Below are positions 1-11,783 of a stretch of DNA of 64,000 nucleotides, piece by piece. The DNA lies in the NCBI GenBank assembly GCA_051294375.1, contig CM119263.1, forward strand, positions 9,292,432 to 9,356,431. The letters run 5' to 3'. The notes beneath the pieces were generated by a model that was not told the origin of the DNA, made no database searches, and worked only from the letters and a program-made list of their open reading frames with translations. The position numbers and the translations under genes are program-made. The stretch comes from Paraspadella gotoi. Lineage: Eukaryota > Animalia > Chaetognatha. Numbering within the stretch: the first letter of the stretch is position 1; each line of letters begins with the position of its first letter.

Positions 1-1030
1 CTGGCCTGAATGGTTTTGTAGACGAGCCTATCCTTGAAGAAATCGTCGACGAATGACGCCAAATTGATCACGTGAGTGACGCCGGACGCCAGTAGGTGAT
101 CGAGTGACGCCGCAGCGTCTTGTGAACCTAAGATTTTAAAAATAAACTAATAAAAAAATGGGCCTGTCCGGGAGTCGAACCCGGGACCTCTCGCACCCGA
201 AGCGAGAATCATGCCACTAGACCAACAGGCCTTGGTGACTCAATGATATTGAGAGTTAAATATAGATCGTCGTGAAACAAAGGATAAGTCGAAGCAAGAA
301 GAGAGAAAAAAAGACAGACAGAGAGGACGAGGCTGGGTGTTACGTGTTAAAGATTACATTCATATAGAGCAATAACAATACTAGTTTTAAGAAAAAAGAA
401 AGAAAGTGATTGATTTGATTAATTTATTGGTTTATATATATATTTACTGAATAATTAAATTTATAAATGAATAAATGAATTTCACCCATCGTCAATCCGG
501 GCAGAATTTTGACTACGTCTGAGTCGGGATCAAGATCGTGAATGAACCAAGTCCTCGGCACCGTGAAACTCTTGGCCCGGCACGGCGCCGCCGGAACCTT
601 CTTCTCATCCGCGCCGTTTTCTTTCGTCGACGAATCTTCGGCGCCGTTAATCGAAGCGCTCTTAGAAACCTGAGAAGTTTTCAATAAACATTTATTTCAA
701 ACGTATTTTTATCTACATCATACTATAAACTTCATAATATAAGAATTTTTCTCTTGTCTTTTTTCATATGCAGTTTGTAACTTCGTTTAGTTCTTTAGTT
801 CCTTTAAATATTTTCACAAAAAGGTTATATTTATGAAGGTGATTTTCACATTCAAATTACGTTTTATCCTTTAAAGTGAAAACAACATCTGATCCACATC
901 CGCTCTGACTCACCTCGGACGCCAACGCCGACTCCTCGACGTAGACGCGCCCCTCGAAGGTCGTCACTCTCGTCTCCGTCGTTTTGAGGAGCGTCTTGTC
1001 GAAGGCGACGAGCTGTTGGAGGAACGCCAT
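1..1030 (-). CDS. DUSP19: Atypical dual-specificity phosphatase, DUSP19-like (5' part; 3' end lies beyond the window start)
   Basis: Exons 1030-914, 669-486 and 127-1 have GT-AG junctions and consistent phases. Protein: MAFLQQLVAFDKTLLKTTETRVTTFEGRVYVE...WFIHDLDPDSDVVKILPGLTMGSQDAAASLDHLLASGVTHVINLA. This matches recalled DUSP19 motifs (TRVTT, DLxxDxxV, GSQDAA, VTHILN). Confidence 0.88.
160..231 (-). tRNA. tRNA-Pro (anticodon CGG), in intron 2 of the DUSP19-like gene
   Basis: Reverse complement is GGCCTGTTGGTCTAGTGGCATGATTCTCGCTTCGGGTGCGAGAGGTCCCGGGTTCGACTCCCGGACAGGCCC: 72 nt, intact cloverleaf, A and B boxes, T7 terminator immediately downstream (152-158). Confidence 0.97.
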
Positions 1031-1954
1031 CTCTTTGACTGTTGGAGAAGATCTAAGGCACGCCCGTTGTGGTGACGAGGTATTGCAGCGGCGAAGTCGT
1101 TTTCGGGTATCGGGTTCATCGAACGGATGATATGAATGACGATATGAATTATGTTGTTATCCGGAGAATTTTAAAAAAAAACTAGACTACGAGAACAACG
1201 ACGACGACGACGACGACGACGCCTCTTTTGTCGGAAAGTCGCGACGTAGATGAGATTTACGATGATGGCGTGATGTTTGTCACGATATATTTTGCGCCGT
1301 CATTGCGATAAGATTCGCTCTATTTTTAGAATCATGTCTCATCCAAGTTCTCGGTTGTTTTTTTTCGGCCGTTTGTTCTCATTGGTGGTTGAGCGATTCA
1401 CGTTTATCGATTCTGATTTTTTTTTGTCAGTTGTTTTTTGTTCAGTTTTGTTTTTTGATTTTTTTGGTGTGTTTTTTGGATAGTTTTTTCCAGATTTTTT
1501 TGTGATTTTGAAGAATATTAAGATTTAAAACTAAAGTTGACCGAGAATAAAGACACTGTTAACTCCACGTTTAAAAATCCCAAAACTAACCCATTTTCCT
1601 ACCCGAAGAAAAACCGCCTGAGCCTACCGCCTTACCCAGAGTCCCGAACTGGAGTCCTTTGGCCGTTTTTCAGCCACGACAAATGACAATTTGTCTGGAT
1701 TTTTCGATCCCCACCCTGTAAACAAACTCTGAGAGAATAATCTTGTCAATCGTGGACCGGCCCGGCGGATAGGGGCGCTTCCAGGGCCTCCAATTTCAGC
1801 GCTTCGAGGATCATTGCGTTCAAACGTTTGCTCTTCTAATTATAGAAAAAAAAATTGAAAAAGAAAAAACAATCGGTCGGAGTCGGAGCGTGGGAGTGAA
1901 CGAGAACGGAAGGAAAGGTCTAAAAATACCAAAAAAATATAAAAAGATCAATTT

Positions 1955-2039
<85 letters not shown>

Positions 2040-2177
2040 TCCTTTAGAAACTTACAAGGAAAGGATGAGAGAGACGAGTAACAAGAAGCAGGAAGAGGAG
2101 GGAGAAAAGAATTCTTGATTTCTCAGCAGTAATAGGAGGAGGATGAGGAAGAAATTGCCTGTGTACATGAAATTGGC

Positions 2178-2257
<80 letters not shown>

Positions 2258-2318
2258 CAAGAGAGCTCTTGATTATATCATTTTTTTCGCTTGTTCCCCT
2301 TTCTCTCTTCTTCTCTCT

Positions 2319-2349
<31 letters not shown>

Positions 2350-2378
2350 TCTCTCTCTCTCTCTCTCTTTTCTCAAAC

Positions 2379-5300
2379 ATGGCTGCCTCCGATGATGACG
2401 ATAGCGACATACCAGGTGAGGAAAACTCTCGATATCTCAAACTTTCTGTCATTTTACTTGTTGATAATTCGTAAAAATGAAATTTTCATCCGTCAAATTT
2501 TAGTTTTCTCGAAAATACAGAGAAGGAAATCGAATTTGCGGAAGAAATTGTCTCTTTTCTTTTCGCGTGATCCGTTGCTAATGTAAACAAACCCGCGGTG
2601 GCTTGGCCCGGCCTGGCCCGGGCTTGTGAACCTTCCTTCTTAGGGGGGTGCGCTAACCGGATTAGCTAATTAGAGATTTATTTGATCGAGTAGTAGTTTC
2701 GAAAGTGTGTCTTAGAGAGCTAAGGGGCCAAAAACTTATTATATATACTAGTTCTATACTGGTTCAGTAATTTTTTTCTTGAGAAAAGTGAGGATAGAAT
2801 TCCTGAACAAGAAGCTTCTGAAAATATGTATTTGTCATGTTCAACATGTTTCAAGTATCATTCTTTGTGTATAAATCCTTTTCGTTGTCTTTTGAGATTA
2901 AGAGAAAAACAGTTTTGAGTTTTTAAACAACGATTTTTATTGACAATTATTGACAATTGCTGATAAAGACTCTAAGCTGTAAGAGTCGAAACATGTCCGA
3001 CTTATTAATTGTCAATAAAAATCGTTATTTAAAAACTCAAAACTTAAAGTATCAATCTTAAAAATTATATTCCGTTTCTGAATCAGGGCAAGTTTATGCT
3101 TAAACGGGGCGGCTCACTTGATAATTATTTAATACAAAACATACTTCTATTTAAGAGAATAGAATAGATCATTTTTGTTTTAATAAAACTGACGTGAAGC
3201 TCTCTTTTTCGAAATAGAAAAGTGCTCGTTATCAAAATGAGATGCTCTTTTGTTTCTTCCAGAGGAAGGCGCCATCTTTACCTTCGGAAAAACAAATTTT
3301 GCTGATAATTTATCTTCAAAATTCTGGATAAGAAATGACCCTGTCGCAAAAGTAAGCTTCCCGTGATTTTTTAACACTTTACTAAAGTGCTTCAAATTTT
3401 CTACTAATTAATTACTTCTATTAAATTTTCAATTTTGTGCGACATTCGTCCGACAGGTCTCCTGCGGCGACGAACACACGGCTCTCGTCCTTGCCTCGGG
3501 TCGCGTTTTTACATTCGGCAGCAACGCCTGGGGTCAGTTAGGACTGGGTCATCGGAACGACATGACCAAACCGGCCTGTGTCAAGGGTAAGTTTTTAATT
3601 GCCAAAAGAAACGACTTTCCATTCCGAACGAGGGCCCGTCCGGGAGTTGAACCCGGGACCTCTCGCACCCTAAGCGAGAATCATACCACTAGACCAACGG
3701 GCCCACTGTTGTGTCTGTTCGTTTGACTTTTATCTTTAAGACTCCCACTAGAAAAAAGAAACTTTCCTTTTTCTAATTTTAGCGCTGAAGAGAGAAGCGG
3801 CGTCGACGGTGGCCTGCGGCAGATGGCACACGCTCGTCGGCGCCAAATCCGGCGCGGTTTACGGATTCGGCGCCGCCGGCGACTTTCAGATCGGACCAAA
3901 ATCCGCGCCGGACGAAGGCGCCGACCCGTGCTTTCCAACGCCGATCGAGATTCCGGATTTGCCGAGGACCGAGTGGATCACCGTCGCCGCCGGTACAGGG
4001 TTCCGAAGCGGCGTAAGGGTTATTGTAGTTGTTGTTGTTGTTTTTATCCCAGTTGTCGTCGTCCCCATCTTTCCTGTTTTTATTACTAACTAGTGCATAA
4101 TAGTACTAGTACATAATTCTTTAAATTCATACCTATGTGGCGTATATTCCCACTTCCTCACATCCACCATCGAGGGGGACCGCACCAATCCAAGCGTTGT
4201 GTTCCATCCACAGTTTTAACGACTTTCCTCTGCGTTGGCAAAGCGTGACCGTTCTAGGGTAACCGCGCCAGCGACAGGAGGCTGTTACTGATGGCCGGAA
4301 GCCCCCAAAGCCAACAGTGAGATGCCCCATCCCAATGGGCCTCACAGGCAACCCTGCTGTTGTCATACCTAATTGTTAAATATCGTCGTCCTCCGATCCT
4401 CACCCGCCGACAACCCACCCTTTTTTTTCGACAACAGGGGCGGAGCACTCGGTTGCCTTGACCGCCGATGGACGCCTCTACGTCTGGGGCAGCGGATCCG
4501 AGGGGCAGTTGGGTCTGGGACCGCGCCGGCGCGAAGCAGTCGACGCCGTCCAACTCAAATTCTCAGCGGCGGCTATCGGCGCCAGTTGCGGATACTACCA
4601 TACCGCCGTAGTCACTAGTAAGGACTTATTCGATTCATTTATTGATTTGAATTTATTTGATTTGGATTGATTGCTCTGGACAATTGTAATTCGATTTTAT
4701 TGGAATTATTTATTGATTTGGTTTTTTTTTTTTGGATTGATTGATTGATTTAATATAGATTGATTGAATCTTAATAATCCATTGATTTGTAAGGCAACGG
4801 AAAGCTATACACGTTCGGCGAATCCGAAGCCGGGAAATTGGGATTCGATCCTTCGTCCTCCGACGCCGCCGACGCCGACTCGACTTCGCCGTCGGCCGTC
4901 GCCGGATTTCCGGAAAAGATCAAAGGCGTCGCTTGCGGCGGGAACCACACCGTCGCGCTTGGAGGTGAGTAGCGTTTGAGGCGGTCGCTTGATCAGAAAT
5001 AGCGTAAAGAAACATAAGTGATAGTATCATTTTTTAAAGATTTAAAAGAAGAAATATTTTTCGCTTAATGAATATTTTTAACCAAAACAGAAGTTGAAAG
5101 TTTTTCAACATTGACTTTAATTGACGGCGCCAAGCTTAAGGTTGTTTACTTTTTACGTTTGAATTGTTTTGGTCTCAGAGAGCGGAAAGCTTTACTCCTT
5201 CGGCGCGGGTTACAACGGGCAACTCGGTCAGGGAACGAATCAACTTCAAGTCGAGACTCCGACTCTCATTCCCAAAACAGCTGTGAGTAACTGGGTATTA

Positions 5301-8300
5301 AGGCGAAACAGTAGTTAACAGCCGTGAGCATGAAGGCGAGCCAGAAGTTAATATGTTTTACAATATACAAATTCAGCAATACAATTATTGTGACCTTCTC
5401 CTATTAAGTAGATTTTTACTTTTTTGTTTCTATTTTTATACTGATACTCATTTTAATACTTGATTATATATAAAAAAAAAACATTTTTTTAAGGTTTAAA
5501 ATCATTTGAGGATTCTGGTTTCTATATTATTGCGGGCACCGAAAGTATTAGTTTGCCATGGTTTTATTTATTTATTTTTTAGGTTCACCGTTAAAGAGGT
5601 TGAATGGAGTTAATCCAGAATTACTTTTTTTTCCTTTTAAGTTTCAAAAAAACCAAGGCTCTCTTCGTAACGAGTTTTATTTCGTTCTAACCCATTACTG
5701 ATACATTAGCGAGGAATTAACGAGTCAATAACTACCCATTAACGAAATCTGACTAAGTACATAAGAGGCCTCGGTCTACTTTCCGCCTTGTTACGATCGT
5801 TTCGTCTCCATTTGAGAATTAAACGGTTTTTAAAGTTTAAAAAGTATTTTTAAAATGACAAAGCAATAAATATGATAATAGCCAACGGGTGAATCGTAGG
5901 CAAATTAAATAGTTTTTAAAGGTAGATTGGTTGGCGGAGGATAAAGTGAGCGTGGAGTGTGGAGACTTTTTACGACTGCCCCCGGGTGCCCCACCCCTCA
6001 CCTCAACCCTCCCTTCCACAGATCGCCTCCCTGGTGTGCTGCGGCGAGTCCCACACGGCCTTCGTCTCCTCCAAGGGAAGCCTCTTCACCTTCGGCGACG
6101 GGCGCTACGGGAAGTTGGGTCTCGGGGAGGACAACTTTGCCAACCAGTTCCGCCCGTCGCCCGTTGCGAGATTCGCGCACTTCACGGTCGAGGATGTGAG
6201 TCCCTGAAAAAATTCGGCGAGTATTTGTGAATCGTCGAGTTTAATATTTGCTTAGTAAAATTAAAATTCAATCGAGCAAAAATGTGAACGGGCCTGTCCG
6301 GGATTCGAACCCGGGACCTCTCGCACCCAAAGCGAGAATCATACCTCTAGACCAACAGGCCGCTCATTCTCTGATGGCAGGTGGCCTGCGGTGGTTGTCA
6401 CATGCTCGTCGTCGCCAAGAAGAAACCTCTCAAATCGCCCGTCGACGATGACGACGCAGACGACGTCAAAAACGACGACGATGACGACGGCGTGGAGCGG
6501 AACTTCTCAAGGAGAAAGAGGAAGGAGGAAGAAGAGGAGGAAGAGGAGAAAGGAGGGGAAAGGTTGAACAAAACGACGGGAGTGTTGGCGAGAAGAAGAA
6601 GAAGGTTGCAGGAGGTGAGAAAGTTGGGGATTTCTTTTAAAGGATTAAATAGTAATGATTAATGAATAAAAATATCAAAAGATTAGTATGATCCCTTTTC
6701 TGTGAACTGGAAATTAATGATTTTTCTCAATCATCGCCCCTTCCTTCCCCCCCCCTGGTTCTCCCTCCACACCCTCCAGAGTCTCTCCCAGACCCTACCC
6801 CCACTTACCCGCCTCCCCGCCCTTCACATCCACGCAACGCCCCCTTCCGACGTCAAACATCGTAAACTCGCCGATGACGACGACGTCGACGGCGACAAGT
6901 CGAGAAATGACGTCAAAAAAGACGTCAAACGAGACGTCAAAAGCGACGCGGAGAGAAGGAGGCGTGACGGCGGCCGGCTTGACGTCAACGGGTCCCGCGG
7001 CGACGTGAGACGGAAAGACTCGGATCACGAGAGCGGGATGGAGAGTGAAGGGGACGACGGAGAAGAGGAGGAGGAGGAGGAGGAGGAGGACGAGGAATCA
7101 AACAACGAACTCAACAAAGTGAGCGGGACTTTTTCACTGTCTTTTGTTCATTTTCCTTTTCCTTTTTGTGATAATTATTTGTTTCTGTTTCGTAAGTTTT
7201 TGGAAATTATTACCAGCAGTTTACTTTATTACTTTATTACTTAATATTCATTAAGTGATGTTTTTTATACAATTTTTTGTTTTCGTTTTCCTTTATTTTA
7301 TTAAATCATATTATGAAATTTTTTGTTCCTTTCGAAAATTTTAATTTTTCATCTAAATGTTCAACTTGAGGTCCACACACTCGGCAAAGGAGGAAAGAAC
7401 TTGGTTCCCGTCGATTCGTTTCGTCGAAAGGACAAGAAGGACAAATCAGACGAGGACAAAGAAAACCGAGAGGACAAGCGGATGGAGAAGAGAGGAGGAA
7501 GAGAAGAGGATGACGAGGAAGAAAGCGAGGAAAGCGAAGGAGAGGAAGGAAGTAAAAGAGAAAAGGAGAGAACAAAAAAAGACAAGACTGAAGACGATGG
7601 TGATGATGACGATGACGACGACGACGACGACGACGACGACGCCCCCCTTGAATTGACGAGGGTAAGTTTAAGAACGAGGTTTTTTTCCGGCCTTGATAAC
7701 CAGGACATCGATCAAAGTTCTCGTTTTGGGACAGGTAAGCAGCAGGAAAGCGGCCCCAGATTCCAAGGACGATGAAGACGAAGACGACGACGAAGACGAC
7801 GATGAAGACGACGAGGAAGACGACGAGGAAGACGATGAAGACGACGCGAAGGACAAAAAGAAGGAGGATGGAAAAAGTAAGGCGAAAGCCGAAAATGGAC
7901 GGACGGGTAGGTCGGGAAAGAAATCAATTGTCGCTTTAATGCGCCCTGGTCAGTAAAAGTCCTGGCTAAAAAATGAAAAAGTTACCCTTTTATTTCTCAA
8001 TTTTACGGACAATGAAGAGGACGATCCCGAAGAAGACGACAGAAAAGAAACGGCGTCTCCGGACGACGGTCAAGCCGAAGCCGATGCCGACGAATCCGCC
8101 GACAAACTTGCCGACAAACCTGGCGACTCGACCAGGGAGAAAACCGAATCGAAATCCTCTTTTTTCGGGAACCTCTTCGCGAAAAAGAAAAAAGAACCGG
8201 AGAACGGCGAGGGAGGGAAAGACTCGGCAGATAAAGGTGATTATTTATTATTTATTTATTTTAAAATCGCTTAATCTGATATTAAAATTGGTTTGAGTAA

Positions 8301-8411
8301 TGAGTTTGAAAATGATCAGATTCTTCGGCCAAAGAAGTCGAGACCGTAAAGCCTTCCAAGTCTTGCACGGGGTCCGGCGAAAACTCTTCCAAAACTTGCC
8401 GAATCATGTGA
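2379..8411 (+). CDS. RPGR: Retinitis pigmentosa GTPase regulator-like protein (RCC1 repeats, acidic tail, C-terminal CAAX)
   Basis: Exons 2379-2415, 3263-3351, 3457-3586, 3783-3992, 4438-4617, 4794-4964, 5179-5282, 6022-6195, 6381-6614, 6780-7118, 7371-7661, 7735-7906, ~8018-8236, 8320-8411. Motifs [63 protein letters not shown] and VACGGCHM are collinear with RPGR. The protein ends SSKTCRIM*. Tail-exon boundaries are less certain. Confidence 0.92.
2574..2592 (+). promoter_or_regulatory. Putative RFX X-box overlapping a forkhead (FOXJ1-type) site in RPGR intron 1
   Basis: GTTGCTAATGTAAACAAAC contains an X-box-like GTTGCT-aat-GTAAAC plus TGTAAACAAAC. A second TGTAAACAAAC lies at 1717-1727. 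Confidence 0.4.
2911..3044 (+). mobile_element. Penelope-like element relic: inverted repeat enclosing a degenerate minimal hammerhead
   Basis: The arms agttttgagtttttaaacaacgatttttattgacaatt and aattgtcaataaaaatcgttatttaaaaactcaaaact are inverted. The core at 2960-2997 reads CTGATAAA-GACTCT-aagctgta-AGAGTC-GAAA-CATG-TC. Confidence 0.6.
3632..3703 (-). tRNA. tRNA-Pro (anticodon AGG), antisense in RPGR intron 3
   Basis: Reverse complement is GGCCCGTTGGTCTAGTGGTATGATTCTCGCTTAGGGTGCGAGAGGTCCCGGGTTCAACTCCCGGACGGGCCC, an intact cloverleaf. Confidence 0.97.
4127..4371 (+). ncRNA. Unidentified structured intronic element, copy A (homologous to 38173-38406)
   Basis: Aligns end to end with 38173-38406, shows conserved and covarying hairpins, and is flanked by the direct repeat TCATACCTA. 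Confidence 0.5.
6290..6361 (-). tRNA. tRNA-Pro (anticodon TGG), antisense in RPGR intron 8
   Basis: Reverse complement is GGCCTGTTGGTCTAGAGGTATGATTCTCGCTTTGGGTGCGAGAGGTCCCGGGTTCGAATCCCGGACAGGCCC, an intact cloverleaf with a T5 run about 8 nt downstream. Confidence 0.97.
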
Positions 8412-9465
8412 ACAATCGTTGCAGCATCGATTGAGGAAACAGTTGCAGCAACTTTGAAAGCGACGACGTGATCGCACCAGTTGACGGCTTCGAGCTAAAC
8501 GGATGAAGCAGCCGTTGGAGGGAGAAGAAATTCACCGAAGAGAAACTCGCGACGAAAAAAGGGAAAATATTTCGGTGATTCTCATCGAAATCCTTTTAGT
8601 TCTTTTTTTCCATTTACATTAATTTTATTTTTACACTGTACAAGTGACACTTTATGACCTCAAACTCAACCGAAACTAAACTAATTATCTAATCGAAGAT
8701 TCCGTCCATTTCATTCGATTTATGTGTAAAAACTGCGATGACCTTTTGTTTCGCTTATTCCGTCCAATGGCCTTACATTTGATGACCTTATTAATTGTGA
8801 CCTTATTTCTTTACCGGATTGTCCTCCGGCGAATGTACTTGTTCCTCGTATCTCTGGCTCCTTTTAAAAGTAAACCTTTTTTTTATACAAACTTGGATCG
8901 TATTATTGTAGTGTTTTTTTTTCTTTCTTGTCGCTGCGGGAATTTAAACGTAAATATTTGAACGAACTTTAGCCAAAAAAAAGTCTGGAAATGAAAAAAC
9001 GTTTGTGGTTTGTCGTTGCGCTGGTGGTGGTTGTGGCGGTGGTGGTGAATGGCTGTGGTTTGTAGTTTTAACTGGAAGGATTTGTTTGAGCTTCTGAGAG
9101 ATCGATCGAATATTCCTACGTCCGGGGATTTTGTCTTTTCGACGATCGAATTAGCGAATTGGTTCCAAGTCCAAACTCATGAAGAGGTCGTGACGCGCGA
9201 ATGGTTTTTCAGGCAATGAATACAAAAGTGTTAAGAGCCTCTCTCCCTCTCTCTCTTCTTGTTCTCTCTGTCCCTATCATATTTCATCTCTCCGGGAAAT
9301 CAAGTCAAGAGCGGGTAAGATTTATCTAACGAGGCGAGTAATATTTCTATTTCTTGAGTTTTCGTATTTTAATTTTTTAAAATTTTAAAAAAGGTCTAAA
9401 CTCTTTTATCCGCTTTTTAAAAAACCCACGTTTTCCTCTTAAATCGGGGAGCCTCTCAAAAAAGA

Positions 9466-9581
<116 letters not shown>

Positions 9582-10228
9582 GAAAAGGAAAGCTAGAGCA
9601 GGAAAAATAAAAAAAAAGGTTTTTCCCTTTCACCCTTTTTTTTCTTTCTAATCTAAAAATCTAAAAAATTGGGGGTGAAAAAAGGAGAAAGAAAAAAAAA
9701 TTCTTTATTTGCCGAATAAAGATTCGCTGACAAAAACATTCCAGCGCGGACAACCACCTCGAAAAATCACTCTCGGCTAAAAATGGGGGAAAAAGAAATA
9801 AAAAGAAAAGAAAAAGTCAAAAAAAGGGGAACTAAAAATAAATTGGGCTTCATGTCAATTTTATATTTTGTGGGGGACGGTCGTGTATTCACCCTTTTTT
9901 TTGGAATTACAAAAAGGCAGTCAGACGTCGAGACAAACAAGACTGAACTTGAATGAAAGGGTGTCTCGGCCGAAGCTAAAAATACACGCGCAGTGACTCA
10001 TTTGATAAATGTTATACATATAAATAGAAACCGAACCCACAAGAAAAAGGGGGAAAAAAATCTTGGAAACGTTTTTCAATGTAAATGCAACGTATTTTTA
10101 TTATTTTTAAACAGAATATCAACAAGAAAATAATTCTATGAGGATGTAGCGAAGATGACGAGTAAAATACTTTTAAGCCAATCAAATAATTGCCGGTATT
10201 AAATTCAATCAATCAATCGAACAGTCAA

Positions 10229-11783
10229 TCAATCAAAATCCTGTTCGCTCCTCTGATAAATCCCAAACACGAATCCGCAGTCCTCGACTCCACCGCCTTT
10301 AGTCAAACTTCCGGCGAGGACCTCCCCATCGACGCCGAGTCCGGCCGCGTCCTCCCGGAACCGCTCGTCGGCCGCGAGGAAGTGGCGGCGCCAGGGGCCA
10401 AAATCCAGCGGTCCGTCGGCGCCTTCAAACTCGGTCGGGAGGCGACCCGGCGAGATGTCTTCGTGGAGCTGGTCGAAGCGAGATCCATGGAAATGGAGGC
10501 GACGAAGTAGCTTCTCCTGTGGGTGATAATCGAGCTCAGTCAAGGCGGGTGATCAGTGATTGACCCTTAGGGATTATCATTTCGCTCGTCTGGGAACAGA
10601 CAGCCCCCTTGTGGCAACCCCTACAGACGCCCCACGGGTAGGACTATTTGAGTCACAACAAATCTCCCAAACTCGCCTTGAGGAACGGCCTGAGCAGCGT
10701 GGTCAACACCCCCACCGCCGCGTGTTCCCTGACACAGTGGACGGCCTTGACGCGAACGGGGACGCAGTCCTGCAGCAGCGACGCGAACTTTTTGAGGTCG
10801 CCCGCGCCCACCGACCGGAAGTGGCGCCAGGCGAACGCCGAAAAGTCCACCAGCATCGCCACCCCGCAGATCTGCGTCCGCTCCTCCAGGAAGAGAAGGT
10901 CGAGAGTGAGGCAGAGCAGGCGGAAAATGTCGGCGATCGGGTAGGACGAGGGATTCCAGAGACCAGGACGGAGCACGACCAGTCGACGACCTAGTTGATC
11001 CCTTGGAAGAGGGAAGGAGTTTGAAGGAGGTGTAGCAGAGATTTGAATGCTTCTCACTAGAATCACCCATAAATGACAACGGTCGTTGCCAACTGGCTAA
11101 TCGAGTAAGAATCATAAGCGTACATCCTGGTACGTTCCATAATAGGGAGTTTAAACTTTGAAGAATCCCCCCCCTACAGGTCTTTCTCTTGGCTTCTCCT
11201 CAACTCTCTTCTTCCTCAACTCAACCTCTCTTCCAACTCTCTCGTGCTTTCGACGATACCCATCCACTCCTCACCGGTTCTTCAACACCCCGACCAGCTC
11301 GTCGTCGAGAACGCCCTCCAGAGCCGACGGACGAAAATCCCGGAAAAGGTCGGGATTTTTGGCGCGTAACGCGTAGTAGTTGACGAGGAGAGAAAAGGCG
11401 CGGTCGTAGTCGAACTTGCGCGCGCGGAGGAATGCGAGAAGGAAGGAGTCGTCCGTGCGGGCGTTTAGGCCTTTTTTTGGGGGGGGCAGGGATGTGGCGG
11501 AGGGAGGGTGTTACGAATAATTTCAACAACGAATGAAAGACCGATTGAATGAAATAACGAATGAATGAATCACTCAATCAATCAAAACCCTACCCGGGTG
11601 ATTCTCAATCATTTCCCTCAGCGCCTCGATATCTCTCTTTCTCCACTCGGGTTTTTCGTTCAACTCGTTAATCGCCTTCTCCACGAGCGACGGTTCGATC
11701 GTCGTCCTTGCGTCGTCGAAATCGTCGTCCTCGTCGTCGTCGTTGATGGAAAGATGCCTTTTGTTTTTCGGCAGACTCGCCAT
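10229..11783 (-). CDS. CRAL-TRIO (Sec14-like) lipid-binding protein, alpha-tocopherol transfer protein/clavesin-like
   Basis: Exons 11783-11594, 11470-11275, 11001-10677 and 10516-10229. Motifs KAINELNEKPEWRKRDIEALREMI, RTDDSFLLAFLRARKFDYDRA, TQICGVAMLVDF, PVRVKAVHCV, PFLK|EKLLRRLHFHG and LPTEFEG. The last intron is GC-AG. The N-terminus may extend upstream. Confidence 0.9.

Noticed and set aside
10555-10620. Hammerhead-like stem-GAAA-stem on the minus strand
   Set aside because: Lacks CUGANGA and the NUH cleavage triplet.
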